Positions 17,227-26,415 of a stretch of 64,000 bases of DNA are shown here, piece after piece. Under the pieces are notes generated by a model, which was not told the origin of the DNA, ran no database searches, and was given only the letters and a program-made list of their open reading frames with translations. A program made the translations under genes and the position numbers. The stretch comes from Candidatus Babeliales bacterium (GTDB lineage: Bacteria; Babelota; Babeliae; Babelales; RVW-14), in NCBI GenBank assembly GCA_041671765.1, contig JBAZAX010000002.1, positions 3,609 through 67,608 of the forward strand. The letters run 5' to 3'. The stretch's first letter is position 1; the number at the start of each line of letters is the position of its first letter.

Positions 17227-18756
17227 ATGGGAGTAGTAATGATCGAATTAATTAAAAAAGAAAAAAATTTTTTGCTACTTACGTTTTTTTTATCTCTTGC
17301 AATCAAAGTAATTTTCTTTCTAATTTTTCTCAAAAATAACTCCTGTTTATTAATGTTTGATTCAGGGCAGTATCACAAAGTCGCACTCAATATTTTATCG
17401 TGGACAGGTCAGACAAATTTTTACCGTATGCCAGGCTATCCGGTATTTTTAGCCGCTTGCTACAAAATTTTCGGGGTGCATCCCATTGCGGCTCTTATAA
17501 TGCAAATTATACTTGGCTCTCTAATTCCATTATTAGTATTTGCTCTTGCACTAGTATTGTTTGATAAATCAACATTTAACAGCCAGATAAAAACGGCTAA
17601 ACTTGCGAGTTTAGTTGCCTGTTTTGATCTTGGTTATATAATTTTCCCCGGACTAATCATGTCCGAAATATTATTTACTATGTTTTTCACGCTATTTCTA
17701 ATTTTATTTCTGTATAATTACACGCCATTTTTTTGCAAAAGCCCTCTTCTAAAAACATTAAGACAGCCCCTTCGACAGGCTCCCAGCCTTCGCTCAGAAT
17801 TAGCTTCGGCGGGCAGGCAGGGTGAGCGCGACGAGCACACTAAAGAACCCGCTCGTGGTGAGCTTGTCGAACCATTTCAACGGGTTCTTACATTTCCAAT
17901 TTCCAGATTGTTTTTGGCAGGAATAGCTCTCGGAATAGCTTGTCTGATCAGACCTGTTGGACATGGCCTGTTCTTAACATCAATTTTTATGCTGATGGTT
18001 TCAAAAGATAAATTTTTTGTAAAAATAAAATCTATAGCACTGTTTAGTACTGGGCTTGCATTCACATTGGGTATATGGATATTCAGAAATTTTCTTCTAA
18101 CCGGCTACATTTTTATGCACACACTTTCAGGCCCACATTTTTTAAATCATTCAGCAGTAAGGCTTTGCATGATGGATGAAAAAATAACTTATGAACAGGC
18201 ACAAAAAAAGGTTTACGCTGAACTTAAAAATCTTGAACCAGCAAAAACAAATGTACTGGGCAAGCCGTTGCAAGAAATCGAGCACTGCCAATTAGCGGAA
18301 AAGCTCGCAATATCTTACATGCTTAAGAACCCCGTACTTACAGTTCAACATTTTATATCAAACATGTTAAAAACAACATTTGGACTTTATAGCTCTGAGT
18401 TACTTGTAATAGACTCCGGCGGGCAACTCCCTGAATACAGTAATAATCGAAGTATTAAAAGCATTTTTAAACGTTTTTTGCTTCCTGACGTAAATAATAA
18501 ATTTATAATTTGGGTAATTTATTTTGAAATAATATTTTTTTTATTTATTTTACTTGGCCTAGCCATATTTATATTTATATCACCAATTGATCGCGGAAAA
18601 ATATGTACACTCATCAAAACACTGCCTTTTATCTGCTGCTTAATATTTTTGACTCTTTCATGCGGTTATGCGAGATTAAGATTGCCAATCGAATCATTTT
18701 TAATTATTTTAGCGATTAAAGAATGGCAACTTTTATTTTCTAAAAAAGGGGAGTAA
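17227..18756 (+). CDS. GT-C-like polytopic membrane glycosyltransferase, paralog 2 (carries in-frame GC-rich repeat)
   Basis: 'FYRMPGYPVFLAACYKIFG', 'LIRPVGHGL', 'FRNFLLTGYIFMHTL' and 'CGYARLRLP' parallel ORF 12768-14336. Codons at 17761-17890 come from a composite repeat. Alternative start ATG at 17239. Confidence 0.65.
   Translation: MGVVMIELIKKEKNFLLLTFFLSLAIKVIFFLIFLKNNSCLLMFDSGQYHKVALNILSWTGQTNFYRMPGYPVFLAACYKIFGVHPIAALIMQIILGSLIPLLVFALALVLFDKSTFNSQIKTAKLASLVACFDLGYIIFPGLIMSEILFTMFFTLFLILFLYNYTPFFCKSPLLKTLRQPLRQAPSLRSELASAGRQGERDEHTKEPARGELVEPFQRVLTFPISRLFLAGIALGIACLIRPVGHGLFLTSIFMLMVSKDKFFVKIKSIALFSTGLAFTLGIWIFRNFLLTGYIFMHTLSGPHFLNHSAVRLCMMDEKITYEQAQKKVYAELKNLEPAKTNVLGKPLQEIEHCQLAEKLAISYMLKNPVLTVQHFISNMLKTTFGLYSSELLVIDSGGQLPEYSNNRSIKSIFKRFLLPDVNNKFIIWVIYFEIIFFLFILLGLAIFIFISPIDRGKICTLIKTLPFICCLIFLTLSCGYARLRLPIESFLIILAIKEWQLLFSKKGE
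17761..17890. repeat. Composite GC-rich repeat (module A interrupted by module C, then hairpin module B), in frame in GT-C paralog 2
   Basis: 'CCTTCGACAGGCTC' + 'CCAGCCTTCGCTCAGAATTAGCTTCGGCGGGCAGGC' + 'AGGGTGAGCGCGA' ... 'AAGAACCCGCTCGTGGTGAGCTTGTCGAACCATTTCAACGGGTTCTT'. Confidence 0.85.
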
Positions 18757-20235
18757 ATGGTATCAAGCAAAAAAAGAGCCTTAATCATAGGGGCTGGACC
18801 TGCGGGTCTTACCGCTGGTTATGAGCTTTTAAAAACACAAAAATTTAGCGCAGAAATCATAGAAAAAGATAATCAGATCGGCGGACTTGCAAAAACAGTC
18901 AATTACAAAAATTACAAGTATGACATTGGGCCCCATCACTATGTCACAGAATCAAAAGAAATTGAAAAATGGTGGAAAAATATAATAAGTGAAGATGAAT
19001 TTATAAAATTAAATCGTTTTACACGAATTTATTACAATAAACATTTTTTCTTGTACCCGCTTCAACCAATCAACGCATTAATGGGATTAAGTCCATTTGA
19101 GTCAATACACTGCGTTTCTAGTTATTTTCGATATAAGTTATGGCCTAAAAAAGTTAATTCTTATGAAGACTGGCTCTCGAATAGGTTCGGGAAAAGGCTT
19201 TTTGAAATATTTTTTAAATCGTACACAGAAAAGCTTTGGGGAATAAAATGCGATCAGATTTCTGCCGACTGGGCTGCACAAAGAATTAAAAATTTTTCAC
19301 TTGGCAAGGCAATGTTTTTTGCATTCTTCGGAAAACTTTTCAAAAAATATACGCCCCGAACAATTTTAGGCGAATTTTATTATCCAATTTATGGCGCAGG
19401 AACATTGTGGGATAATGTTGGTAAAAAAATAATAAATTCTGAATTCGGCTCAATTCACACCAATAAAAAAGTTATGTCAATTGAACATGACGGTAAAAGT
19501 ATTTTGGGCGTATTAACAAAAAATATGTCTGATGAAAACCAACACAGCGAAATACAACACATGTCGCAAAAATTAACTCGATATGAAGCAGACTACTTTT
19601 TATCAACAATGACTTTACGTGACTTGGTTTTAAACATGGATCCAATCGCGCCCAAAGAAGTTGTTAATGCTGCCATGCAACTACGTTGCAGAGCGCTTAT
19701 AACACTCAACTTAATTATAGATAAAGAAAAGATTACGCCTGACCACTGGCTTTACATTCATGAAAAAAGTGTTCGTACAATAAGAATTGGAAATATGAAC
19801 AATTTTTCAGCCAAATTAAGACCTAATGAAAATCACTCTGCAATAAGCCTTGAGTGCTTTACGTTTACTGATGAGCCATTCTGGATTAAGACAGATGAAG
19901 AGTTACTTGAACAAGCAAAACTCGAAATTGATAAAATAGGTCTTGTGAAAAAAGAATTAATTATTGACGGCATGGCATTAAGAATTCCCGATGCCTACCC
20001 AATTTATGAAGGCAATTACAAAGAATATTTAAATATCGTTTATAACTATCTTGGTAAATTTAAAAATCTTAAATTGATGGGCAGGAATGGCATGCACCAG
20101 TATAACAACATGGACACTGCAATGCTTTCTGCCATGAAAGCTGTTGATGAAATTATTAGTTATGAAGATAAATATAAAACCAAAATAAATTTAAAAACAA
20201 AAACACAGAAGCATTCTGAAGCACAACTTAATTAA
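18757..20235 (+). CDS. FAD/NAD(P)-binding oxidoreductase (amine-oxidase/desaturase-like)
   Basis: Dinucleotide-binding 'ALIIGAGPAGLTAGYEL' followed by 'EKDNQIGGLAKT'. The ATG overlaps the upstream stop (TAAATG). Confidence 0.7.
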   Translation: MVSSKKRALIIGAGPAGLTAGYELLKTQKFSAEIIEKDNQIGGLAKTVNYKNYKYDIGPHHYVTESKEIEKWWKNIISEDEFIKLNRFTRIYYNKHFFLYPLQPINALMGLSPFESIHCVSSYFRYKLWPKKVNSYEDWLSNRFGKRLFEIFFKSYTEKLWGIKCDQISADWAAQRIKNFSLGKAMFFAFFGKLFKKYTPRTILGEFYYPIYGAGTLWDNVGKKIINSEFGSIHTNKKVMSIEHDGKSILGVLTKNMSDENQHSEIQHMSQKLTRYEADYFLSTMTLRDLVLNMDPIAPKEVVNAAMQLRCRALITLNLIIDKEKITPDHWLYIHEKSVRTIRIGNMNNFSAKLRPNENHSAISLECFTFTDEPFWIKTDEELLEQAKLEIDKIGLVKKELIIDGMALRIPDAYPIYEGNYKEYLNIVYNYLGKFKNLKLMGRNGMHQYNNMDTAMLSAMKAVDEIISYEDKYKTKINLKTKTQKHSEAQLN

Positions 20236-20268
20236 AAATGCAATCATGGAAGCCATTTGAGAGTTACT

Positions 20269-22248
20269 ATGTGTGGACTAGCCGGATATCTAAATTTAGA
20301 TAACAAAAATTTTACTGTCGATGAAGAACTTTTAAATAAAATGCAGCAGGCAATTGCGCATAGAGGACCCGATGCTCATCAAATTTACAAATCCGACGAA
20401 CACCAGTTGGGCCTGGCTTATAGGCGTTTATCAATTATTGATTTGTCTCCATCCGGAAACCAGCCAATGTTTGATAAACAAAAAACTGTTGTTGTTTGTT
20501 TTAATGGTGAAATATATAACTATAAAGAGTTAAGAGCTGAACTTGAAAGCTTAAATTACGAATTTTTCTCAAAATCTGATACCGAAACAATCTTATACGC
20601 ATACAAAGAATGGGGAATAAATTTTGTACATAAGCTCACCGGTATGTTTGCAATCTGCTTGTACGATTTTGAAAAACGTGAATTGTACTTGATTCGCGAT
20701 AGAATTGGGGTCAAACCACTCTACTTTTCATTACAATCAAATATTTTGGGTTTTGCATCTGAAATTAAGGCTTTATGGTGTTTGCCTTGGTTAAAAAACG
20801 AGATTAATCCAATTGCACAGTATCACTATCTAACATTCATGGTAACGCCGGCACCATACACGATCTATAAAGACATTTATAAACTCCCAGCAGGATTTTA
20901 CCTAAAAGTTGATTCCAATAAAAATACGACTTTTCAAGAGTGGTATAATCCGGTAAAACAAATTTCATCCACAGAAAAAAAACAGTTCGAATCTGAAGAT
21001 TTTTGCATAGAAAATATTACTAAATTATTAATAGAATCAACAAAAAAAAGAATGATTGCCGATGTTCCGGTCGGCGCATTTCTGTCCGGAGGCATTGATT
21101 CAAGCTTAAACGTAGCACTTATGTCACAATATGCGCATTTAGTAAAGACATTTACAGTTGCCTTTTCGGATGGACCTGAGTCCAACGAAATTAAATGGGC
21201 ACGGCTGGTAGCCAAAATATTTGGAACAGATCATCATGAAATAATCATCTCAGAAAAAGAGGCTTTTGATTTTTTCGAGAAGATGGTTTATCACCTGGAC
21301 GAACCTCTGGCGGACTGCGTCTGTATACCATTTTATTATGTTTCCAAATTAGCTCGCGAAAAAGGAATTGTGGTTGCACAAGTGGGAGAAGGGGCTGATG
21401 AGCTGTTCTTTGGATATAGCACGTACGCTACATACAAAAAATTTTATGATAAAATTTGGCATCCAACTCAAAAAATAATTCCTGCATTTGCACGCCAAGC
21501 AGCACAAACTCTGTTAAATCCATTTTTAAAATCGAATCCAACCAAATCAGAATTAATACAAAATTGGGCACATAATCGTGAACTTTTTTGGGGTGGCGCA
21601 ATTGCATTCAACGAACAACACAAAAACTTTTTGTATAACAAAAAATTATATACCAAAAAAACAGATCCGCTTTTTGATCCAATTGTCGAACAAATTTATC
21701 CGGGCATGCAACAAAATTTTGATAGTTTTTCAATTGTGAAATACCACATGTCAAAACTGAAACAACTCGATCCCTCTGCAGATTTCTGTAAAAAAATGCT
21801 TTATCTCGAACTTAAACAAAGGCTCCCGGAACTGCTTTTAATGAGAGCGGACAAAATGTCGATGGCCCAAGGGCTTGAAGCACGCGAACCATTTTTGGAT
21901 CACAAGCTTGTTGAATTCATGTTAAATGTTCCTGCTCACCTAAAATTCAAAAATAATACAACAAAATATCTTTTAAAAAAAATATGTCGCGGAATTTTAC
22001 CTGACGAGATAATAGATCGTAAAAAAGTCGGATTTGCAGCCCCAACAGTGCGTTGGCTAAATAACGGAAAATACTTTCCTGCTTATTTTGAAAAACTAAG
22101 TCAAAAATCAAACTCTATTCAAGCTAATGTGCCAACTAATCCGGGAAGAACTGCTCTGGAAAAATTATACAAAAACAATGTTTACAGTTTTGCCGTACAA
22201 AAGTGGACTTTACAAAATCTATGGGCAATTAAAAATATAGATAATTAA
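20269..22248 (+). CDS. Asparagine synthase (glutamine-hydrolysing)-family amidotransferase
   Basis: 'MCGLAGY' places the class II amidotransferase Cys right after Met, so I prefer ATG 20269 to TTG 20257. PP-loop 'FLSGGIDSS'. Confidence 0.85.
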   Translation: MCGLAGYLNLDNKNFTVDEELLNKMQQAIAHRGPDAHQIYKSDEHQLGLAYRRLSIIDLSPSGNQPMFDKQKTVVVCFNGEIYNYKELRAELESLNYEFFSKSDTETILYAYKEWGINFVHKLTGMFAICLYDFEKRELYLIRDRIGVKPLYFSLQSNILGFASEIKALWCLPWLKNEINPIAQYHYLTFMVTPAPYTIYKDIYKLPAGFYLKVDSNKNTTFQEWYNPVKQISSTEKKQFESEDFCIENITKLLIESTKKRMIADVPVGAFLSGGIDSSLNVALMSQYAHLVKTFTVAFSDGPESNEIKWARLVAKIFGTDHHEIIISEKEAFDFFEKMVYHLDEPLADCVCIPFYYVSKLAREKGIVVAQVGEGADELFFGYSTYATYKKFYDKIWHPTQKIIPAFARQAAQTLLNPFLKSNPTKSELIQNWAHNRELFWGGAIAFNEQHKNFLYNKKLYTKKTDPLFDPIVEQIYPGMQQNFDSFSIVKYHMSKLKQLDPSADFCKKMLYLELKQRLPELLLMRADKMSMAQGLEAREPFLDHKLVEFMLNVPAHLKFKNNTTKYLLKKICRGILPDEIIDRKKVGFAAPTVRWLNNGKYFPAYFEKLSQKSNSIQANVPTNPGRTALEKLYKNNVYSFAVQKWTLQNLWAIKNIDN

Positions 22249-22264
22249 AAATTATGGAACACTT

Positions 22265-23593
22265 ATGATAAATAAAAAAACATTTTTACTTTTAATACTA
22301 TTTTCTGCAATTTTTTTAAATTTATCACTGATACTTTTTTTACAAATACCTCCGACAAATTTTCATTGCGATATCGATTCCAAAGCTTATATCGAAAAAG
22401 TTACATTTTTATACGAAAAAAACACTCTTGCCCCAATACCTACTCAAACGCAATTCCCATACTACACACTCGGATATCCAATCATCATGGGCATAATTTT
22501 CAAAATATTTTCACCGCAAATTGAATGGGTCATTTTAATTCAAATTTTATTAACACTACTGGCTGCTTTTTTAATTTTTGTTACAGCAAAACGCCTATTT
22601 AACGAAACTGTAGGCATAATAGCCTTTGCTCTTACATGCATTAATATTGGTTTTTTAACTTTTTCTCAATTTATTTTAACAGAATCTTTTCTCGCCCTAT
22701 TTTTGATACTTTTCTTTGAACGGTTTACAGCCTATCTTTATGATAATAACTTAAAAAGTCTAAGCGTTTCAGGCATTGCGCTTGGCATATCAGTCTTAAT
22801 AAAGCCGGCAGCACTTTATTACCCAATACTACTGTTACCATTAATTTATTACAGTGCCCCAAGTGATAAAAAATTAAATTTCTCTGCATCTTTTTTGCTG
22901 TTATTTGCAGCACCGATATTTGCCTATATGTTGCATAATAAAATCGTATTTGATCAGTTTAAAATTGGAAATCTTGATTCAGTAAATGTTTATTTCTGGT
23001 TTTACCCAAATGTTCTGGCCCAAAAATATGGCACTTCATCAGATACTGAAAGATTAAAACTACAGTTTATTGCAGGACATAATAACTTTAACATCGAATA
23101 TATAAAAATGATGTTTAAGCAAGATGTTATGGAAAACCCAACTCTATTCGTTTATGTATGGATTAAAAACGTAATAAAAACATTTTTGGGATTATTTACA
23201 ACAAATTTAAAAGTTTTAATTGAGCCCTATGTTCATGGAGGAGACATCTCGTTTTTCAAAATGCATGGAACGGCGTTTCAAAAAACATTGCTTTATATAG
23301 AATCTGGAGCATCATCCAACTGGTTAAAATCTATTGGTTTTTATGAAGCAATATGGTCAATAATAAGATATATACTATGCTTTTTCGCACTTATAACAAT
23401 ATTTACCAACAAAAAATACACTCTCTTATATTTTATTAGTTCATATATTTTTTACTTTTCAATAATAACAGGACATGATGGATGCGCCAGATTCAGAATG
23501 ATGTTTGAATTTGTTTTAATAATTCTCGCAGCTGTTGGGCTATGGCTGCTACTTGCAAACAAAGAACCGTCGAAACAACAAAATATAACTTGA
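22265..23593 (+). CDS. GT-C-like polytopic membrane protein, paralog 3 (more divergent)
   Basis: 442 aa, highly hydrophobic, with an early loop 'PYYTLGYPIIMGIIFKIF' analogous to the other two. Confidence 0.55.
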   Translation: MINKKTFLLLILFSAIFLNLSLILFLQIPPTNFHCDIDSKAYIEKVTFLYEKNTLAPIPTQTQFPYYTLGYPIIMGIIFKIFSPQIEWVILIQILLTLLAAFLIFVTAKRLFNETVGIIAFALTCINIGFLTFSQFILTESFLALFLILFFERFTAYLYDNNLKSLSVSGIALGISVLIKPAALYYPILLLPLIYYSAPSDKKLNFSASFLLLFAAPIFAYMLHNKIVFDQFKIGNLDSVNVYFWFYPNVLAQKYGTSSDTERLKLQFIAGHNNFNIEYIKMMFKQDVMENPTLFVYVWIKNVIKTFLGLFTTNLKVLIEPYVHGGDISFFKMHGTAFQKTLLYIESGASSNWLKSIGFYEAIWSIIRYILCFFALITIFTNKKYTLLYFISSYIFYFSIITGHDGCARFRMMFEFVLIILAAVGLWLLLANKEPSKQQNIT

Positions 23594-23603
23594 GGATGCA
23601 GCC

Positions 23604-24644
23604 ATGAATCACTTTGTTATTCTTGCAGGAGGTAGTGGACAAAGGCTATGGCCACTAAGCACAAAAAAATGTCCTAAGCATCTTATTACATTCATTGATA
23701 ACAAATCGCTTCTCGAACAAACAATTGAAAGAATAAATTGGGGAAATCAAAAAAATCCGGATCATAAAATTTGGGTCCTAACAAACCAAGAACAGTTGGA
23801 ACTTGTAAAAAATCACATTCAACATTTACAAGTTCAAAATTTGGATATAACAGTTGAGGCAGAACCAGTTGCAAGAAATACTGCACCGGCAATTCTGTGG
23901 ATGTGCGAAAAAATAAAGAAATTAGATCACGATGCAACAATAATTATTCTTCCTGCAGATCACTTCATTCCCGAAAAAGATATTTTTAATAAAACAGTTG
24001 AGCAAGCCATAACATTTGCACAAAACAACGCAAAAATTGTAACACTTGGGGTTATGCCTACAATGCCGGCTACCGGATATGGTTATATCCAAGCAGATAC
24101 TTCTGTCTGCCAAAATATATTTCCGGTAATCAAATTTCATGAAAAACCGGATCTAGTAAAAGCTAATCAATACATAAATCAACCCAACATGTTTTGGAAT
24201 GCGGGAATATTTGTCGGGAAAGTTTCAACATTTTTAAATGAATTCAAAACACACAGTACCCAACTTTTTGATAATATGCAAAGCTACATAACCGGTAAAA
24301 AAACTTATGACTCTTTAGAAAATATTTCAATCGATTACGCTATAATGGAAAAAAGTTCAAATATATATCTAATTCCTGCAATATTTGAATGGCATGATGT
24401 TGGAAATTTGGCAGTATTTTTATCACTGAAAAAACGTTTTGCCAAGAGCATAGAAGATATCATAAATATCGATGGATACAATAACCTAAGTAGCACTAGC
24501 AAAAAAGTGGTTGTATGTATTGGAGTAAGCGATTTATGCATAGTTGAAACTGATAACATAATTTTGGTATCCAAAAAAGATTGTACCGAAAATGTAAAAA
24601 ATGCTTTGCCGAAAGTCAAACAGATCTATGGAATGGGATTATAA
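23604..24644 (+). CDS. Mannose-1-phosphate guanylyltransferase-type nucleotidyltransferase
   Basis: 'VILAGGSGQRLWPLS' and 'EPVARNTAPAI' sugar-nucleotidyltransferase motifs. 346 aa, no C-terminal isomerase domain. Confidence 0.8.
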   Translation: MNHFVILAGGSGQRLWPLSTKKCPKHLITFIDNKSLLEQTIERINWGNQKNPDHKIWVLTNQEQLELVKNHIQHLQVQNLDITVEAEPVARNTAPAILWMCEKIKKLDHDATIIILPADHFIPEKDIFNKTVEQAITFAQNNAKIVTLGVMPTMPATGYGYIQADTSVCQNIFPVIKFHEKPDLVKANQYINQPNMFWNAGIFVGKVSTFLNEFKTHSTQLFDNMQSYITGKKTYDSLENISIDYAIMEKSSNIYLIPAIFEWHDVGNLAVFLSLKKRFAKSIEDIINIDGYNNLSSTSKKVVVCIGVSDLCIVETDNIILVSKKDCTENVKNALPKVKQIYGMGL

Positions 24645-24769
24645 AAGAGAAAGGCAACGGAACAAAATGTATTTTAAAAAATATTGATTTTAATACAACT
24701 TTTGTTGTACAACTGTGAGTGATATGTAATTGAAATAGAGTTTAAAATTTTTAAAATGGAAGAGTAACA

Positions 24770-25468
24770 ATGAAGAAACTTGATGAATTTCTTAACTCCA
24801 TTGATGAAAAAGTAGATAAAAAATTTGGACCTGTCTCAAAAAAGCTTAGGCAGTATTTCGTCATTTTTAGTGCAACCCTGATTGCAAGCCTTTTTGTGAT
24901 TTTCCTGGTAAAAACCTCCAAAGAAGGGCCGGCACAACTGGCCACAATAATTCAAAATGATCTTGAACAAATTGAAAAAATTTTAACAAACATAGATACA
25001 ACCTGTAACATTTTAAGCTTTAATTATGACAGCCTACGAATAGACTTCTTTACTGTAGAAAAATTTGTTGGATCAACAATCGGCTGTCTTAATCTTGCCT
25101 ACCCTGGCAAATGGGAAGGACCTTACATGCAACGCAATCCAACACTGCAAGGTAAATTTTATGAAGTTATAAGATCAAAAGATGGATTTTTTATAGCTCC
25201 TGGACTTGGCGTCAAACTCCCAAATGGTCAAATCGTTGGCAAAGATTTTATAATTACTTCTAACACATCCATGACTGAACTGCTAACAGACGAAGGCCCA
25301 TTGAATTACAAGGGACAAAAACTTGCCCGAAAAATCGAATTCAAAATAGGCGACTGGGATAGTGTATTCACACAAACAACGACAGTAGACAAAATTAACA
25401 CAGCTTTAAAAGAGTTTAATGACGCAATGCCATTTACAAAATTGGAAACTGGCACCCAACACGCATAA
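24770..25468 (+). CDS. Hypothetical membrane-anchored protein
   Basis: 232-aa ORF with one N-terminal helix 'YFVIFSATLIASLFVIFLV'. RBS-like 'GGAAGAG' upstream. Confidence 0.5.
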   Translation: MKKLDEFLNSIDEKVDKKFGPVSKKLRQYFVIFSATLIASLFVIFLVKTSKEGPAQLATIIQNDLEQIEKILTNIDTTCNILSFNYDSLRIDFFTVEKFVGSTIGCLNLAYPGKWEGPYMQRNPTLQGKFYEVIRSKDGFFIAPGLGVKLPNGQIVGKDFIITSNTSMTELLTDEGPLNYKGQKLARKIEFKIGDWDSVFTQTTTVDKINTALKEFNDAMPFTKLETGTQHA

Positions 25469-25476
25469 ATCAAAAA

Positions 25477-26406
25477 TTAAGCACTTTTAAATTGCACAAA
25501 TCCCTGCAAAAAATAATTGGCTAGGCCAATGAAAATTTTATCTGCAATATATCGCTGATCAGCCTTATCGCTCTTAGCCTGCTTAAAAGATAGCGCAATA
25601 AATGCAAGTATTTGCATACACGGTTCGATATCGGCAACAGACTTAATTGCACTATTTTTAATACCCAGTTCTTGCCAAACTTTGGCGGCATCACCCCCGA
25701 ACACGTTGGCATTTTGCATTGGAATAAACATATTGAATAACTGATTAAGAACTACCTGATCAACAGTAACAGCTTGAGATAAAGCATTTCTTAAATTTTG
25801 TAAAATTTGGGTGTTTTCTTGCTCATACAAATTATAAATGAAAAAAATAAAAGTTCGTAAAAAGTAATAGCCTAATATACCTGATGCCCCACCGGCCAAA
25901 TTGATTAGAATTTTTTGTGAAGATGTGTATTTCACCAGTTTATTTGACTCTGACGAACTGTAACCTACCATGGGATCAAATCCATCGATGCTAAGATATT
26001 TTGAATCAATTATAGGCCAAGTTTTTTGGGAAGAATTTTTACCCAAATGTATCTTAAAATCGCTGCCTACTAATATTTTCTTTGCAATACCGTGCCCAAA
26101 CTCATGAAAAAATGTAGCTGCAAAATTCATGCAGTATGTAGATGCAAAATTAAGCGCAATATTTTGTGGTTTGAACTGAGATTTTAAAGATTCAGGCATC
26201 TGGTTAATTTGGGCTTGATAAACACCCAAAAACATTAACATTAATAGGCAAGTACCAATCGCAACGTTACTTTTTAAATCACCCGGTTCAACTGATACCT
26301 GGTCCGTTTGCCCTGCCATTTGCGCAATAGCGTTACAAAAACGAAAGCCAGTTTGCCCGCAGAAAAGCATCGTAATTAAAAAAAACAATTTTAAAAACTT
26401 AGGCAT
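25477..26406 (-). CDS. Putative membrane zinc metallopeptidase (M50B-like)
   Basis: HExxH motif in 'FFHEFGHGIAKK' inside a hydrophobic protein. 9-nt gap to the helicase gene upstream. Confidence 0.5.
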   Translation of the reverse strand: MPKFLKLFFLITMLFCGQTGFRFCNAIAQMAGQTDQVSVEPGDLKSNVAIGTCLLMLMFLGVYQAQINQMPESLKSQFKPQNIALNFASTYCMNFAATFFHEFGHGIAKKILVGSDFKIHLGKNSSQKTWPIIDSKYLSIDGFDPMVGYSSSESNKLVKYTSSQKILINLAGGASGILGYYFLRTFIFFIYNLYEQENTQILQNLRNALSQAVTVDQVVLNQLFNMFIPMQNANVFGGDAAKVWQELGIKNSAIKSVADIEPCMQILAFIALSFKQAKSDKADQRYIADKIFIGLANYFLQGFVQFKSA

Positions 26407-26415
26407 TAACGATAC

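Noticed and set aside
24694-24713. Palindrome 'TACAACTTTTGTTGTACAAC' after the guanylyltransferase gene, considered as a terminator or operator
   Set aside because: It has only a 6-bp AT-rich stem and no T-run, which is too weak to call. It may still be a protein-binding palindrome (GTTGTACAAC).
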